Assembly (NCBI RefSeq): GCF_003018255.1
Contig: NZ_CP027440.1
Direction: 5' to 3' (one strand)
DNA from: Escherichia coli
GTDB taxonomy: Bacteria > Pseudomonadota > Gammaproteobacteria > Enterobacterales > Enterobacteriaceae
Length of the DNA stretch: 64,000 nucleotides
Part shown: positions 27,849-37,731 of the stretch, piece after piece
How positions within the stretch are numbered: the first letter of the stretch is position 1
Layout of the letters: every line of letters starts with the position of its first letter
The notes under the pieces: generated by a model
What the model was told of the DNA's origin: nothing
The model's input: the letters and a program-made list of their open reading frames with translations, nothing else
Database searches by the model: none
Program-made: the position numbers and the translations under genes

Positions 27849-28804
27849 AGCTGAGCGGTAAAGAATTGAGCGCCGTCGCGAAGAGCCTCGTCGGCGGTTT
27901 TCATCATCCGTGAATAATGCAAAAAGGCGTGCAGCGTGCCTGGGTAGAGTTTGAACTCACAGGGCTGCTGATGCGCCGCTAACGTCTGGTAAAGCAGACG
28001 GCTGTCATCCAGCAGCGGATCGAACTCCGCCCCGGCAATAAAACAGGGCGGAACTTCGCGAGTGAGATCATTATTAAACAGGCAGTAATACGGCGACTCG
28101 CGGTCCGCGTCGTTACTTAAATACGCCTCTTCATACATCTGTAAATCCTGTTGCGTTAAGCCATCCCAGACACCGCCCAACAGACGACGAGTCACGGAAT
28201 CCCGTAATCCGTAAAGCCCATACCACAGCAAAACGCCCGCAACTTTACCGCAATCGATCTGTTTATCACGCAACCACAACGCACTGGCGAGCGCCAGCAT
28301 GGCACCTGCGGAATCACCGGCAAAGCCAATGCGGGACATATTGATTTGATAATCTTCCGCCTGCTGGTGGAAATAACAACAGGCAGCCACAATTTCCTCT
28401 ATCGCTTGCGGAAAACACGCTTCAGGTGAAAGGGTGTAATCAATGCCAATCACCGTACATTGGCTGTAGCTTGCCAGCAGGCGCATGATGCGATCGTGGG
28501 TATCAAGATTGCCGAGAATAAAACCGCCGCCATGCAAATAAAATAGCGTCGCCGGGCTATCTGGCTGCGGACAAAAGAGACGTGTTTCCACCTGCCCATA
28601 TTTTGTTGGAACCATGTAAGCTCTGGTTGCCATTTCTGGAGCGCCCGCATTCCAGAATCGGCGCTCAAGCGTGTAATGCTGTCGTTGCTCAGCAATCGTT
28701 CCCGTTGCGGGCCAGGGCGGTAAATCCGGCTGAAGAGTATTCACAACGGTCTTCATTTCAGCAGAAATAAGGTCCAGAACGGGTAATTTGTTTTCCGGCT
28801 TCAT
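27845..28804 (-). CDS. aes: Acetyl esterase (HSL-family alpha/beta hydrolase)
   Basis: 319-aa ORF with HGGG oxyanion motif and GDSAG nucleophile elbow; 3' end overlaps hemH by 4 nt. Confidence 0.95.
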
Positions 28805-28955
28805 GCAAAAACTCCTTTCAAATTACGTCATTGTAAGGAACCACTGCCATGAAAATGCGATCCCGCCTGCTGATATTGAAACTGGCTGCGTCTCGCGCGC
28901 TCCCGTCAGATTGTGTTAACATTCGCCGCTCAGTTAACCACCCGTAAAAACAACC

Positions 28956-30260
28956 ATGAAATTTCCCGGTAAACGTAAATCCAAACATTACTTCCCCGTA
29001 AATGCACGCGATCCGCTGCTTCAGCAATTCCAGCCAGAAAACGAAACCAGCGCTGCCTGGGTAGTGGGTATCGATCAAACGCTGGTCGATATTGAAGCGA
29101 AAGTGGATGATGAATTCATTGAGCGTTATGGATTAAGCGCCGGGCATTCACTGGTGATTGAGGATGACGTTGCCGAAGCGCTTTATCAGGAACTAAAACA
29201 GAAAAACCTGATTACCCATCAGTTTGCGGGTGGCACCATTGGTAACACCATGCACAACTACTCGGTGCTCGCGGACGACCGTTCGGTGCTGCTGGGCGTC
29301 ATGTGCAGCAATATTGAAATTGGCAGCTATGCCTATCGTTACCTGTGTAACACCTCCAGCCGTACCGATCTTAACTATCTACAAGGCGTGGATGGCCCGA
29401 TTGGTCGTTGCTTTACGCTGATTGGCGAGTCCGGGGAACGTACCTTTGCTATCAGCCCTGGCCACATGAACCAGCTGCGGGCTGAAAGTATTCCGGAAGA
29501 TGTGATTGCCGGAGCCTCGGCACTGGTTCTCACCTCTTATCTGGTGCGTTGCAAGCCGGGTGAACCCATGCCGGAAGCAACCATGAAAGCTATTGAGTAC
29601 GCGAAGAAATATAACGTACCGGTGGTGCTGACGCTGGGCACCAAGTTTGTCATTGCCGAGAATCCGCAGTGGTGGCAGCAATTCCTCAAAGACCACGTCT
29701 CTATCCTTGCGATGAACGAAGATGAAGCCGAAGCGTTGACCGGAGAAAGCGATCCGTTGTTGGCATCTGACAAGGCGCTGGACTGGGTTGATCTGGTGCT
29801 GTGTACCGCAGGGCCAATCGGCTTGTATATGGCGGGCTTTACCGAAGACGAAGCGAAACGTAAAACCCAGCATCCGCTGCTGCCGGGTGCTATAGCGGAA
29901 TTTAACCAGTATGAGTTTAGCCGCGCCATGCGCCACAAGGATTGCCAGAATCCGCTGCGTGTCTATTCGCACATTGCGCCGTACATGGGCGGGCCGGAAA
30001 AAATCATGAACACTAATGGAGCAGGGGATGGCGCACTGGCAGCGTTGCTGCATGACATTACCGCCAACAGCTACCACCGTAGCAACGTACCAAACTCCAG
30101 CAAACATAAATTCACCTGGTTAACTTATTCATCGTTAGCGCAGGTGTGTAAATATGCTAACCGTGTGAGCTATCAGGTACTGAACCAGCATTCACCTCGT
30201 TTAACGCGCGGCTTGCCGGAGCGTGAAGACAGCCTGGAAGAGTCTTACTGGGATCGTTAA
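28956..30260 (+). CDS. gsk: Inosine-guanosine kinase
   Basis: 434-aa PfkB-family ORF (TNGAGDGALAALLHD). Confidence 0.95.
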   Translation: MKFPGKRKSKHYFPVNARDPLLQQFQPENETSAAWVVGIDQTLVDIEAKVDDEFIERYGLSAGHSLVIEDDVAEALYQELKQKNLITHQFAGGTIGNTMHNYSVLADDRSVLLGVMCSNIEIGSYAYRYLCNTSSRTDLNYLQGVDGPIGRCFTLIGESGERTFAISPGHMNQLRAESIPEDVIAGASALVLTSYLVRCKPGEPMPEATMKAIEYAKKYNVPVVLTLGTKFVIAENPQWWQQFLKDHVSILAMNEDEAEALTGESDPLLASDKALDWVDLVLCTAGPIGLYMAGFTEDEAKRKTQHPLLPGAIAEFNQYEFSRAMRHKDCQNPLRVYSHIAPYMGGPEKIMNTNGAGDGALAALLHDITANSYHRSNVPNSSKHKFTWLTYSSLAQVCKYANRVSYQVLNQHSPRLTRGLPEREDSLEESYWDR

Positions 30261-30292
30261 GTTATCGACCAGACCGGACGACGATGGCATCC

Positions 30293-30329
30293 GTAGGCCG
30301 GATAAGATGCGTCAGCATCGCATCCGGCA
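30293..30329. repeat. REP element
   Basis: GTAGGCCGGATAAGATGCGTCAGCATCGCATCCGGCA between convergent gsk and ybaL. Confidence 0.85.
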
Positions 30330-30343
30330 ATGGAATCAATGTT

Positions 30344-32020
30344 TTACCCCGTCACCACCTCACCCGCCGGTGGCGTTTCCAGCAGTTCCAGCATAGTACG
30401 AGCAATTTCACGCTCACCCATCACTACCTGATTCGCACCACGTTCGGTGATATACGCCACTTCATCGTCATAATGGGCGCGGGCAATAATCTCAATATCC
30501 GGATTTTTCGCGCGGGCAGATGCCACAATCTCGCCCGCTTCATAACCGTTGGGAATCGTCAGGATCAGCCATTTTGCACATTCCAGATGCGCCAGTTGCA
30601 TAATTTCTTCGTTCGCCGCATTGCCCAATACTGCGCGGACCCCGCGCTCTCGCAGTTCATCAACACGGGTTCGTGACGTCTCAATCACCACCAGCGGAAT
30701 ATCAGAGGCGAGCAATTTCTCCCCCAGCAGGCTGCCTACACGACCGTAACCTACCAGTAGCGCATGGTTGCAAATATCCACTGGGATCTGCTTCTCTTCT
30801 TCGATAGCCTCTTCCAGCGTCTGCTCTTCCAGCGTTTCGGTCTTCGCCAGATATTTCTCCAGCAGCGCAAACAGGACCGGGTTGAGCATAATCGACAAAA
30901 TCGCCCCTGCCAGTACCAGGTTCTGCCCGGCTTGCGGCAATAGATCCAGCGCCATGCCCAGTCCCGCCAGGATAAACGCGAACTCACCAATTTGCGCCAG
31001 GCTGGCGGCGATAGTTAATGCCGTACGTTGGGAGTGACCAAACAGTCGCACCAGGAAAAACGCGGCTAACGACTTACCAAACAGAATAATCGCCAGCGTC
31101 GCCAGCACTGCCAGCGGTTGCTGAATCAGAATTAACGGATCAAACAACATCCCGACGGAGACAAAAAACAGCACCGCAAACGCGTCGCGCAATGGCAGCG
31201 TATCGTGGGCGGCACGGTGACTCAGTTCAGACTCGTTCAGTACCATCCCGGCAAAGAACGCACCGAGTGCAAAGGAGACATCAAACAGCTCCACCGCACC
31301 AAAGGCAATCCCTAACGCCAGTGCCAGCACCGACAGGGTAAACAGCTCACGGGAACCGGTTGCTGCGCTACGTGCCATAATCCACGGCACCAGACGGCGA
31401 CCTACCAGCATCATAATGGCGATAAATGCGATCACCTTGCCGATGGTGATCCCCATATCGACAGCAAGAGTGGCAAAGCCCACATCGCCTTGTTCCATCA
31501 TTCCTGCCACTGCGGGCAGCAACACCAGCGTCAGAACCATGACCAGGTCTTCCACAATCAACCAACCGATGGCGATTTGCCCACGCTGACTGTCAATTAA
31601 TTGCCGTTCTTCAAGTGCGCGCAGTAACACCACGGTACTGGCGGTGGAAAGACATAAACCGAACACGATACCGGTCATTAACGACCAACCCAGCACGGCG
31701 GAGAGCGCCATACCCAGCAGCGTAGCCACGGCTATCTGGGCGATCGCGCCGGGAATGGCGATGGCCTTTACCGCCATCAAATCCTTGAGCGAAAAGTGCA
31801 AACCGACGCCAAACATCAACAGAATGACGCCCAGTTCAGCCAGTTCCGGCGCAAGCTTGGTATCGGCAACAAAGCCCGGAGTGAATGGTCCTGCCAGCAC
31901 ACCCGCTAACAGATATCCCACCAGAGGAGAAATACGTAGTTTATTGGCCAGCATGCCGAGGATAAAGGCGAGCACAAGGCCGCCAACAATGGTGGTGATA
32001 AGCGGGGTGGCGTGATGCAT
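30344..32020 (-). CDS. ybaL: CPA2-family cation/proton antiporter with C-terminal KTN/TrkA-N domain
   Basis: 558-aa ORF, about 12 TMs then Rossmann motif LLVGYGRVG. Confidence 0.93.
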   Translation of the reverse strand: MHHATPLITTIVGGLVLAFILGMLANKLRISPLVGYLLAGVLAGPFTPGFVADTKLAPELAELGVILLMFGVGLHFSLKDLMAVKAIAIPGAIAQIAVATLLGMALSAVLGWSLMTGIVFGLCLSTASTVVLLRALEERQLIDSQRGQIAIGWLIVEDLVMVLTLVLLPAVAGMMEQGDVGFATLAVDMGITIGKVIAFIAIMMLVGRRLVPWIMARSAATGSRELFTLSVLALALGIAFGAVELFDVSFALGAFFAGMVLNESELSHRAAHDTLPLRDAFAVLFFVSVGMLFDPLILIQQPLAVLATLAIILFGKSLAAFFLVRLFGHSQRTALTIAASLAQIGEFAFILAGLGMALDLLPQAGQNLVLAGAILSIMLNPVLFALLEKYLAKTETLEEQTLEEAIEEEKQIPVDICNHALLVGYGRVGSLLGEKLLASDIPLVVIETSRTRVDELRERGVRAVLGNAANEEIMQLAHLECAKWLILTIPNGYEAGEIVASARAKNPDIEIIARAHYDDEVAYITERGANQVVMGEREIARTMLELLETPPAGEVVTG

Positions 32021-32257
32021 TCCGTCTCCTTTTCCTGGTGGTTATTGTCCATTTTTGGCCGGGAAAACCAAAATTACAGGTAATAGTTTATGACAATTTC
32101 ATTGATGATGTTTATGAATAATTGTTGAATTTTGCAGAAAAATGGAATTAGCTGCAAAAAAAGCACGGATCGGAAAACTGAAGGCGGTTTAACAGAGGAA
32201 AGGCTTATAGCGACTGTAAAACGATGCAGCCAAAGTTTGCCTTTGGCTGCAATGAAA

Positions 32258-33478
32258 TCAGTCTTTATGCCGGTTATCAGGCAGGAATATGGTCAACATC
32301 CCCAATAGTGGCAGGAAAGCACAGATTTTATAGACTAACTCTATGCTGGTGTGGTCGGCGATAAGCCCCAGAACTGCCGCCCCCAGACCTCCCATGCCAA
32401 AAGCAAAACCGAAAAAGAGTCCAGAAACCATACCGATACGTCCCGGAAGTAGCTCCTGAGCGTAGACCAGAATGGCAGAGAATGCCGAAGCGAGGATAAA
32501 TCCAATAATCACCGTTAAAACCCCCGTCCAGTGCAGGCTGGCGTAGGGTAAAATCAGCGTAAACGGCGCAACGCCGAGGATAGAGCCCCAAATCACATAT
32601 TTTCGCCCAATTTTATCCCCTACAGGCCCGCCGATCACCGTACCTGCCGCAACGGCAAACAGGAAGGCAAACAGATGAAGCTGGGCATTCTGGATAGATA
32701 ATCCGAATTTTTGCATCAGATAAAAGGTGTAATAGCTGCTGATGCTCGCCATATAGAAATATTTCGAGAAAATGAGGATTAACAGAATGCTGACCGCCAG
32801 TACCACTTTGTTGCGCGGCAGTGGATTGATAATCGTCGCTTTGGGTTTTCCTTTATTCATTCGGTGCTGTGCCGAGTACCAACGGCTAATTTGCGCCAGC
32901 ACCACGATCGCCAGCAGTGCCGCAAGCACAAACCAGGCAACGTTGCCTTTGCCATAAGGCGCGATAATCACCGCCGCCAGCAAGGGGCCCAGGGAACTGC
33001 CAAAGTTGCCGCCGACCTGAAAGATAGATTGTGCCAGGCCATGCCGCCCGCCGGACGCCATACGGGCCACGCGAGAAGATTCCGGATGAAAGACCGATGA
33101 ACCGGTACCGACCAGCGCCGCCGCCAGCAGAACTGCGCCAAAACTGCCCGCCAGCGCAAGCAGCACCAGACCACTTAAGGTAAAGCACATGCCAATTGGC
33201 AACGACCACGGCATCGGATATTTATCGGTCCAGTAACCGACCACCGGTTGCAGTAGCGAAGAGGCGAGCTGGAAGGTGAGGGTTATCATGCCAATCTGCA
33301 TAAATGTCAGAGAAAACTCTGACTGAAGCAGCGGATAAATCGCCAGAATCAGCGATTGGATCATGTCGTTCAGCAGATGTGAGAGGCTGATAGCACCTAA
33401 AATACCAAACGATGTTCGGGCCTTGGTCGTTGACGCAGCCGCGCCCGCCACAGGCTGGGTTTGTTCACTCATTGCCAT
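32258..33478 (-). CDS. fsr: MFS fosmidomycin resistance transporter
   Basis: 406-aa 12-TM ORF recognised as Fsr. Confidence 0.93.
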   Translation of the reverse strand: MAMSEQTQPVAGAAASTTKARTSFGILGAISLSHLLNDMIQSLILAIYPLLQSEFSLTFMQIGMITLTFQLASSLLQPVVGYWTDKYPMPWSLPIGMCFTLSGLVLLALAGSFGAVLLAAALVGTGSSVFHPESSRVARMASGGRHGLAQSIFQVGGNFGSSLGPLLAAVIIAPYGKGNVAWFVLAALLAIVVLAQISRWYSAQHRMNKGKPKATIINPLPRNKVVLAVSILLILIFSKYFYMASISSYYTFYLMQKFGLSIQNAQLHLFAFLFAVAAGTVIGGPVGDKIGRKYVIWGSILGVAPFTLILPYASLHWTGVLTVIIGFILASAFSAILVYAQELLPGRIGMVSGLFFGFAFGMGGLGAAVLGLIADHTSIELVYKICAFLPLLGMLTIFLPDNRHKD

Positions 33479-33695
33479 AGGAAAGTCACTTTTTCAGGGT
33501 TGCGATGTAAAGAATGATCTTATTTGTGATTATTACCCGACTAACATACCTGTATGCGTCGCCTGAAGGAAGTCTCAACGCTGAATACAGAATTTCTAAT
33601 CTGGATGCAGATTTATCTTCACCGGACGCAGACTTGTCTATGATGTCGCGTCATACTATTTTTCAACACGTTGAAATCAGGTCAGGGAGAGAAGT

Positions 33696-35348
33696 ATGAA
33701 ATTATTGCAGCGGGGCGTGGCGTTAGCACTGTTAACCACATTTACACTGGCGAGTGAAGCTGCTCTGGCGTATGAGCAGGATAAAACCTACAAAATTACA
33801 GTTCTGCATACCAATGATCATCATGGGCATTTTTGGCGCAATGAATATGGCGAATATGGTCTGGCGGCGCAAAAAACGCTGGTGGATGGTATCCGCAAAG
33901 AGGTTGCGGCTGAAGGCGGTAGCGTGCTGCTACTTTCCGGTGGCGACATTAACACTGGCGTGCCCGAGTCTGACTTACAGGATGCCGAACCTGATTTTCG
34001 CGGCATGAATCTGGTGGGCTACGATGCGATGGCAATCGGTAATCATGAATTTGATAACCCGCTCACCGTATTACGCCAGCAGGAAAAGTGGGCAAAGTTC
34101 CCGTTACTTTCTGCCAATATCTACCAGAAAAGTACCGGCGAGCGCCTGTTTAAACCATGGGCGCTGTTTAAGCGTCAGGATCTGAAAATTGCCGTTATTG
34201 GCCTGACGACGGATGACACAGCGAAGTTAGGCAACCCAGAAAACTTCACCGATATTGAGTTCCGTAAGCCCGCCGATGAAGCGAAGCTGGTGATTCAGGA
34301 GCTGCAACAGACAGAAAAGCCAGACATTATTATCGCGGCGACCCATATGGGGCATTACGACAATGGTGAGCACGGCTCTAATGCACCGGGCGATGTGGAG
34401 ATGGCACGCGCGCTGCCTGCCGGATCGCTGGCGATGATCGTCGGTGGTCACTCGCAAGATCCGGTCTGCATGGCGGCAGAAAACAAAAAACAGGTCGATT
34501 ACGTGCCGGGTACGCCATGTAAACCGGATCAACAAAACGGCATCTGGATTGTGCAGGCGCATGAGTGGGGCAAATACGTGGGGCGGGCCGACTTTGAGTT
34601 TCGTAATGGCGAAATGAAAATGGTTAACTACCAGCTGATTCCGGTGAACCTGAAGAAGAAAGTGACCTGGGAAGACGGGAAAAGCGAGCGTGTGCTTTAT
34701 ACCCCTGAAATCGCTGAAAACCAGCAAATGATCTCGCTGTTATCGCCGTTCCAGAACAAAGGCAAAGCGCAGCTGGAAGTGAAAATAGGCGAAACCAATG
34801 GTCGTCTGGAAGGCGATCGTGACAAAGTACGTTTTGTACAGACCAATATGGGGCGGTTGATTCTGGCAGCACAAATGGATCGCACTGGTGCCGACTTTGC
34901 GGTGATGAGCGGAGGCGGAATTCGTGATTCTATCGAAGCAGGTGATATCAGCTATAAAAACGTACTGAAAGTGCAGCCATTCGGCAATGTGGTGGTGTAT
35001 GCCGACATGACCGGTAAAGAGGTGATTGATTACCTGACCGCCGTCGCACAAATGAAGCCAGATTCAGGTGCCTACCCGCAATTTGCCAACGTTAGCTTTG
35101 TGGCGAAAGACGGCAAACTCAACGACCTGAAAATCAAAGGCGAACCGGTCGATCCGGCGAAAACTTACCGCATGGCGACATTAAACTTCAATGCCACCGG
35201 CGGGGATGGCTATCCGCGCCTTGATAACAAACCGGGCTATGTGAATACCGGCTTTATTGATGCCGAAGTGCTGAAAGCGTATATCCAGAAAAGCTCGCCG
35301 CTGGATGTGAGTGTTTATGAACCGAAAGGTGAGGTGAGCTGGCAGTAA
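33696..35348 (+). CDS. ushA: Periplasmic UDP-sugar hydrolase / 5'-nucleotidase
   Basis: 550-aa ORF, signal peptide, metallophosphatase motifs (HTNDHHGH, GNHEFD). Confidence 0.97.
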   Translation: MKLLQRGVALALLTTFTLASEAALAYEQDKTYKITVLHTNDHHGHFWRNEYGEYGLAAQKTLVDGIRKEVAAEGGSVLLLSGGDINTGVPESDLQDAEPDFRGMNLVGYDAMAIGNHEFDNPLTVLRQQEKWAKFPLLSANIYQKSTGERLFKPWALFKRQDLKIAVIGLTTDDTAKLGNPENFTDIEFRKPADEAKLVIQELQQTEKPDIIIAATHMGHYDNGEHGSNAPGDVEMARALPAGSLAMIVGGHSQDPVCMAAENKKQVDYVPGTPCKPDQQNGIWIVQAHEWGKYVGRADFEFRNGEMKMVNYQLIPVNLKKKVTWEDGKSERVLYTPEIAENQQMISLLSPFQNKGKAQLEVKIGETNGRLEGDRDKVRFVQTNMGRLILAAQMDRTGADFAVMSGGGIRDSIEAGDISYKNVLKVQPFGNVVVYADMTGKEVIDYLTAVAQMKPDSGAYPQFANVSFVAKDGKLNDLKIKGEPVDPAKTYRMATLNFNATGGDGYPRLDNKPGYVNTGFIDAEVLKAYIQKSSPLDVSVYEPKGEVSWQ

Positions 35349-35355
35349 TCCGAAA

Positions 35356-35379
35356 GTGCCGGATGTTCGCATCCGGCAC
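35356..35379. terminator. Hairpin shared by convergent ushA and ybaK
   Basis: GTGCCGGATG-TTCG-CATCCGGCAC perfect 10-bp stem. Confidence 0.7.
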
Positions 35380-35384
35380 AATGC

Positions 35385-35879
<495 letters not shown>

Positions 35880-35985
35880 TTAAACAAAAAAACGAAGCAA
35901 GCATACGCCTGATGGCGGTCCAAAAAAAAGAGTCATCTTGCCTAAGAGTATTGGCAGGATGGTGAGATTGAGCGACAATCGAGTT

Positions 35986-36069
35986 ACACCGTCGCTTAAA
36001 GTGACGGCATAATAATAAAAATATGAAATTCCTCTTTGACGGGCCAATAGCGATATTGGCCATTTTTTT
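35986..36069 (+). ncRNA. chiX: ChiX (MicM/SroB) Hfq-dependent sRNA
   Basis: ACACCGTCGCTTAAAGTGACGGCATAATAATAAAAATATGAAATTCCTCTTTGACGGGCCAATAGCGATATTGGCCATTTTTTT matches ChiX as I recall it; 5' hairpin, AU-rich linker, terminator hairpin plus U-run; in ybaK-ybaP gap as in K-12. Confidence 0.88.
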
Positions 36070-36862
36070 AGCGCAACATCTGCGGCAAATTCCCTTCTCC
36101 ATACAGGTGTAGTGCACCGACCGCGACCACATATCGCCCCGGCGGCATGGCGCGTAATTTGTCCCGCCAGGCGAGATTTCGCTGATGCATCAGCACATCG
36201 TACAGCGACTGACTGAACGTATTAGGCAGCGTTATTTCATTATTTTGTGGCGGTGTATTCAGCCACCAGCTCATCATTTGTTGCAGCAACCGTGCGTTGG
36301 TGTGCCAGTGGGTCAGCGTATCGTCCAGCAGCGCCAGTCCGTTGTCAGGGAGCTGGAGCAACATGGCAATCTGGTTTTCTGCCCCTTCCAGTTCAATCAC
36401 GGGTTTATGTTGTTGCTTCGCCGCCTGCAATAGCTGGTAATCGATACCGTATTCTGCCCGCAGCCCCAGTTTTTGTGCCTGCGTCGCCTGAAGAACCATC
36501 GCGATTTGCCACAGCGGTTGAGTAGAAAAGAGCGACGGAGAAATGCCCATCTCCTGGCTAATATGCTGCAGATTTTGGAGTTGCTCCTCGCTAATGCGCT
36601 CTTCCAGCGTCTCGCAGGCAGGCAAATTAGCAAAAGGCGTATCGCTGGTGGAAACATCCGCCTCGACGATCAGCGCATCGGCGTTTTTGAGCTTTTTGAG
36701 CAAACGGGTGGGCAGGGGAGCCATATCGTGGCTACCCATATGAATACTGCCAATCAGATGAAAATGGCGATTGCCGGGAAGAGAGATATCGATAGCAGGC
36801 CAGGTGTAATGATTACCGCGCAGCGCGGCCCAAAGCGTTTTTACCCGGTACAACAGATCCAT
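36068..36862 (-). CDS. ybaP: TraB/GumN-family protein YbaP
   Basis: 264-aa ORF recognised as ybaP; stop codon overlaps the chiX terminator. Confidence 0.9.
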   Translation of the reverse strand: MDLLYRVKTLWAALRGNHYTWPAIDISLPGNRHFHLIGSIHMGSHDMAPLPTRLLKKLKNADALIVEADVSTSDTPFANLPACETLEERISEEQLQNLQHISQEMGISPSLFSTQPLWQIAMVLQATQAQKLGLRAEYGIDYQLLQAAKQQHKPVIELEGAENQIAMLLQLPDNGLALLDDTLTHWHTNARLLQQMMSWWLNTPPQNNEITLPNTFSQSLYDVLMHQRNLAWRDKLRAMPPGRYVVAVGALHLYGEGNLPQMLR

Positions 36863-36928
36863 ACGACCTCCCTTTGTGAAATATCATGCTAGCGCGCGGG
36901 GAGGGATGGCGCAAATGGAGTTGATTGT

Positions 36929-36962
36929 TGCACTTGCGCACAGTGCTTGTGTGCATTACAAT
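36929..36962 (+). promoter_or_regulatory. Predicted sigma-70 promoter with overlapping inverted repeats upstream of higB-like gene
   Basis: -35 TTGCGC (36934-36939), 17-bp spacer, -10 TACAAT (36957-36962); IRs GCACT-N7-AGTGC (36930-36946) and TGCAC-N17-GTGCA (36929-36955). Confidence 0.45.
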
Positions 36963-36994
36963 GATTAAATAATGGACAAGGAGATGAGAGAGGA

Positions 36995-37297
36995 ATGGCT
37001 CAAAAGAAAAATATAAGGAGTTTTCGTGATGCCTGGTTGGCTGATTTTTTTGTCCATTCAACGCCACATCGAAAGATCCCTGCTGAAATCCATACCACGT
37101 TATCACGAAAGTTGGACATCATTAATGCTGCCACTTCTCATCGGGATTTACGCTCCCCTCCGGGGAACCGATACGAAGAGTTATCCGGGAAATTACAGGA
37201 ATACTCCTCCATTAGAGTGAATAAACAGTACCGACTGATTTTTAAATGGGTTAATGGCAAGGCCGAAGAATTGTTTTTAGACCCACACAACTACTAA
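36995..37297 (+). CDS. HigB-like (RelE/ParE superfamily, 'plasmid maintenance system killer') toxin
   Basis: 100-aa ORF, GAGAGG SD; by-eye fit to the HigB/COG3549 pattern: N-terminal F..AWLADFF, PPGNRYEELSG, SIRVNKQYRLIF, C-terminal DPHNY; toxin-first order, 35 bp before a HigA-like HTH gene. Confidence 0.75.
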   Translation: MAQKKNIRSFRDAWLADFFVHSTPHRKIPAEIHTTLSRKLDIINAATSHRDLRSPPGNRYEELSGKLQEYSSIRVNKQYRLIFKWVNGKAEELFLDPHNY

Positions 37298-37332
37298 AAC
37301 ATAGCTGTCGTATTGACGAGAAAGGTAAAACT

Positions 37333-37674
37333 ATGAAACAGGCAACAAGAAAACCGACGACACCCGGAGATATTCTTCTCTATGAATATCTGGAACCGCT
37401 CGATTTGAAAATCAATGAGTTAGCAGAGTTGCTGCATGTTCATCGTAATAGCGTCAGTGCACTGATCAATAACAATCGTAAACTCACCACTGAGATGGCA
37501 TTCCGTCTGGCGAAAGTTTTTGATACCACAGTCGATTTTTGGCTAAACCTCCAGGCGGCAGTTGATCTTTGGGAAGTTGAAAACAACATGCGTACCCAGG
37601 AAGAATTGGGACGGATTGAAACAGTGGCTGAATATTTGGCACGCCGTGAAGAGCGTGCAAAAAAGGTCGCGTAG
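37333..37674 (+). CDS. ybaQ: HigA-family XRE HTH antitoxin-like regulator YbaQ
   Basis: 113-aa ORF recognised as ybaQ; HTH ELAELLHVHRNSVSALINNNRKLT. Confidence 0.9.
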   Translation: MKQATRKPTTPGDILLYEYLEPLDLKINELAELLHVHRNSVSALINNNRKLTTEMAFRLAKVFDTTVDFWLNLQAAVDLWEVENNMRTQEELGRIETVAEYLARREERAKKVA

Positions 37675-37731
37675 AATAATTTCCCTATAACGGATGCGCC
37701 ACCCTAAAGCAGTGCATCCGCAATGATGTAC

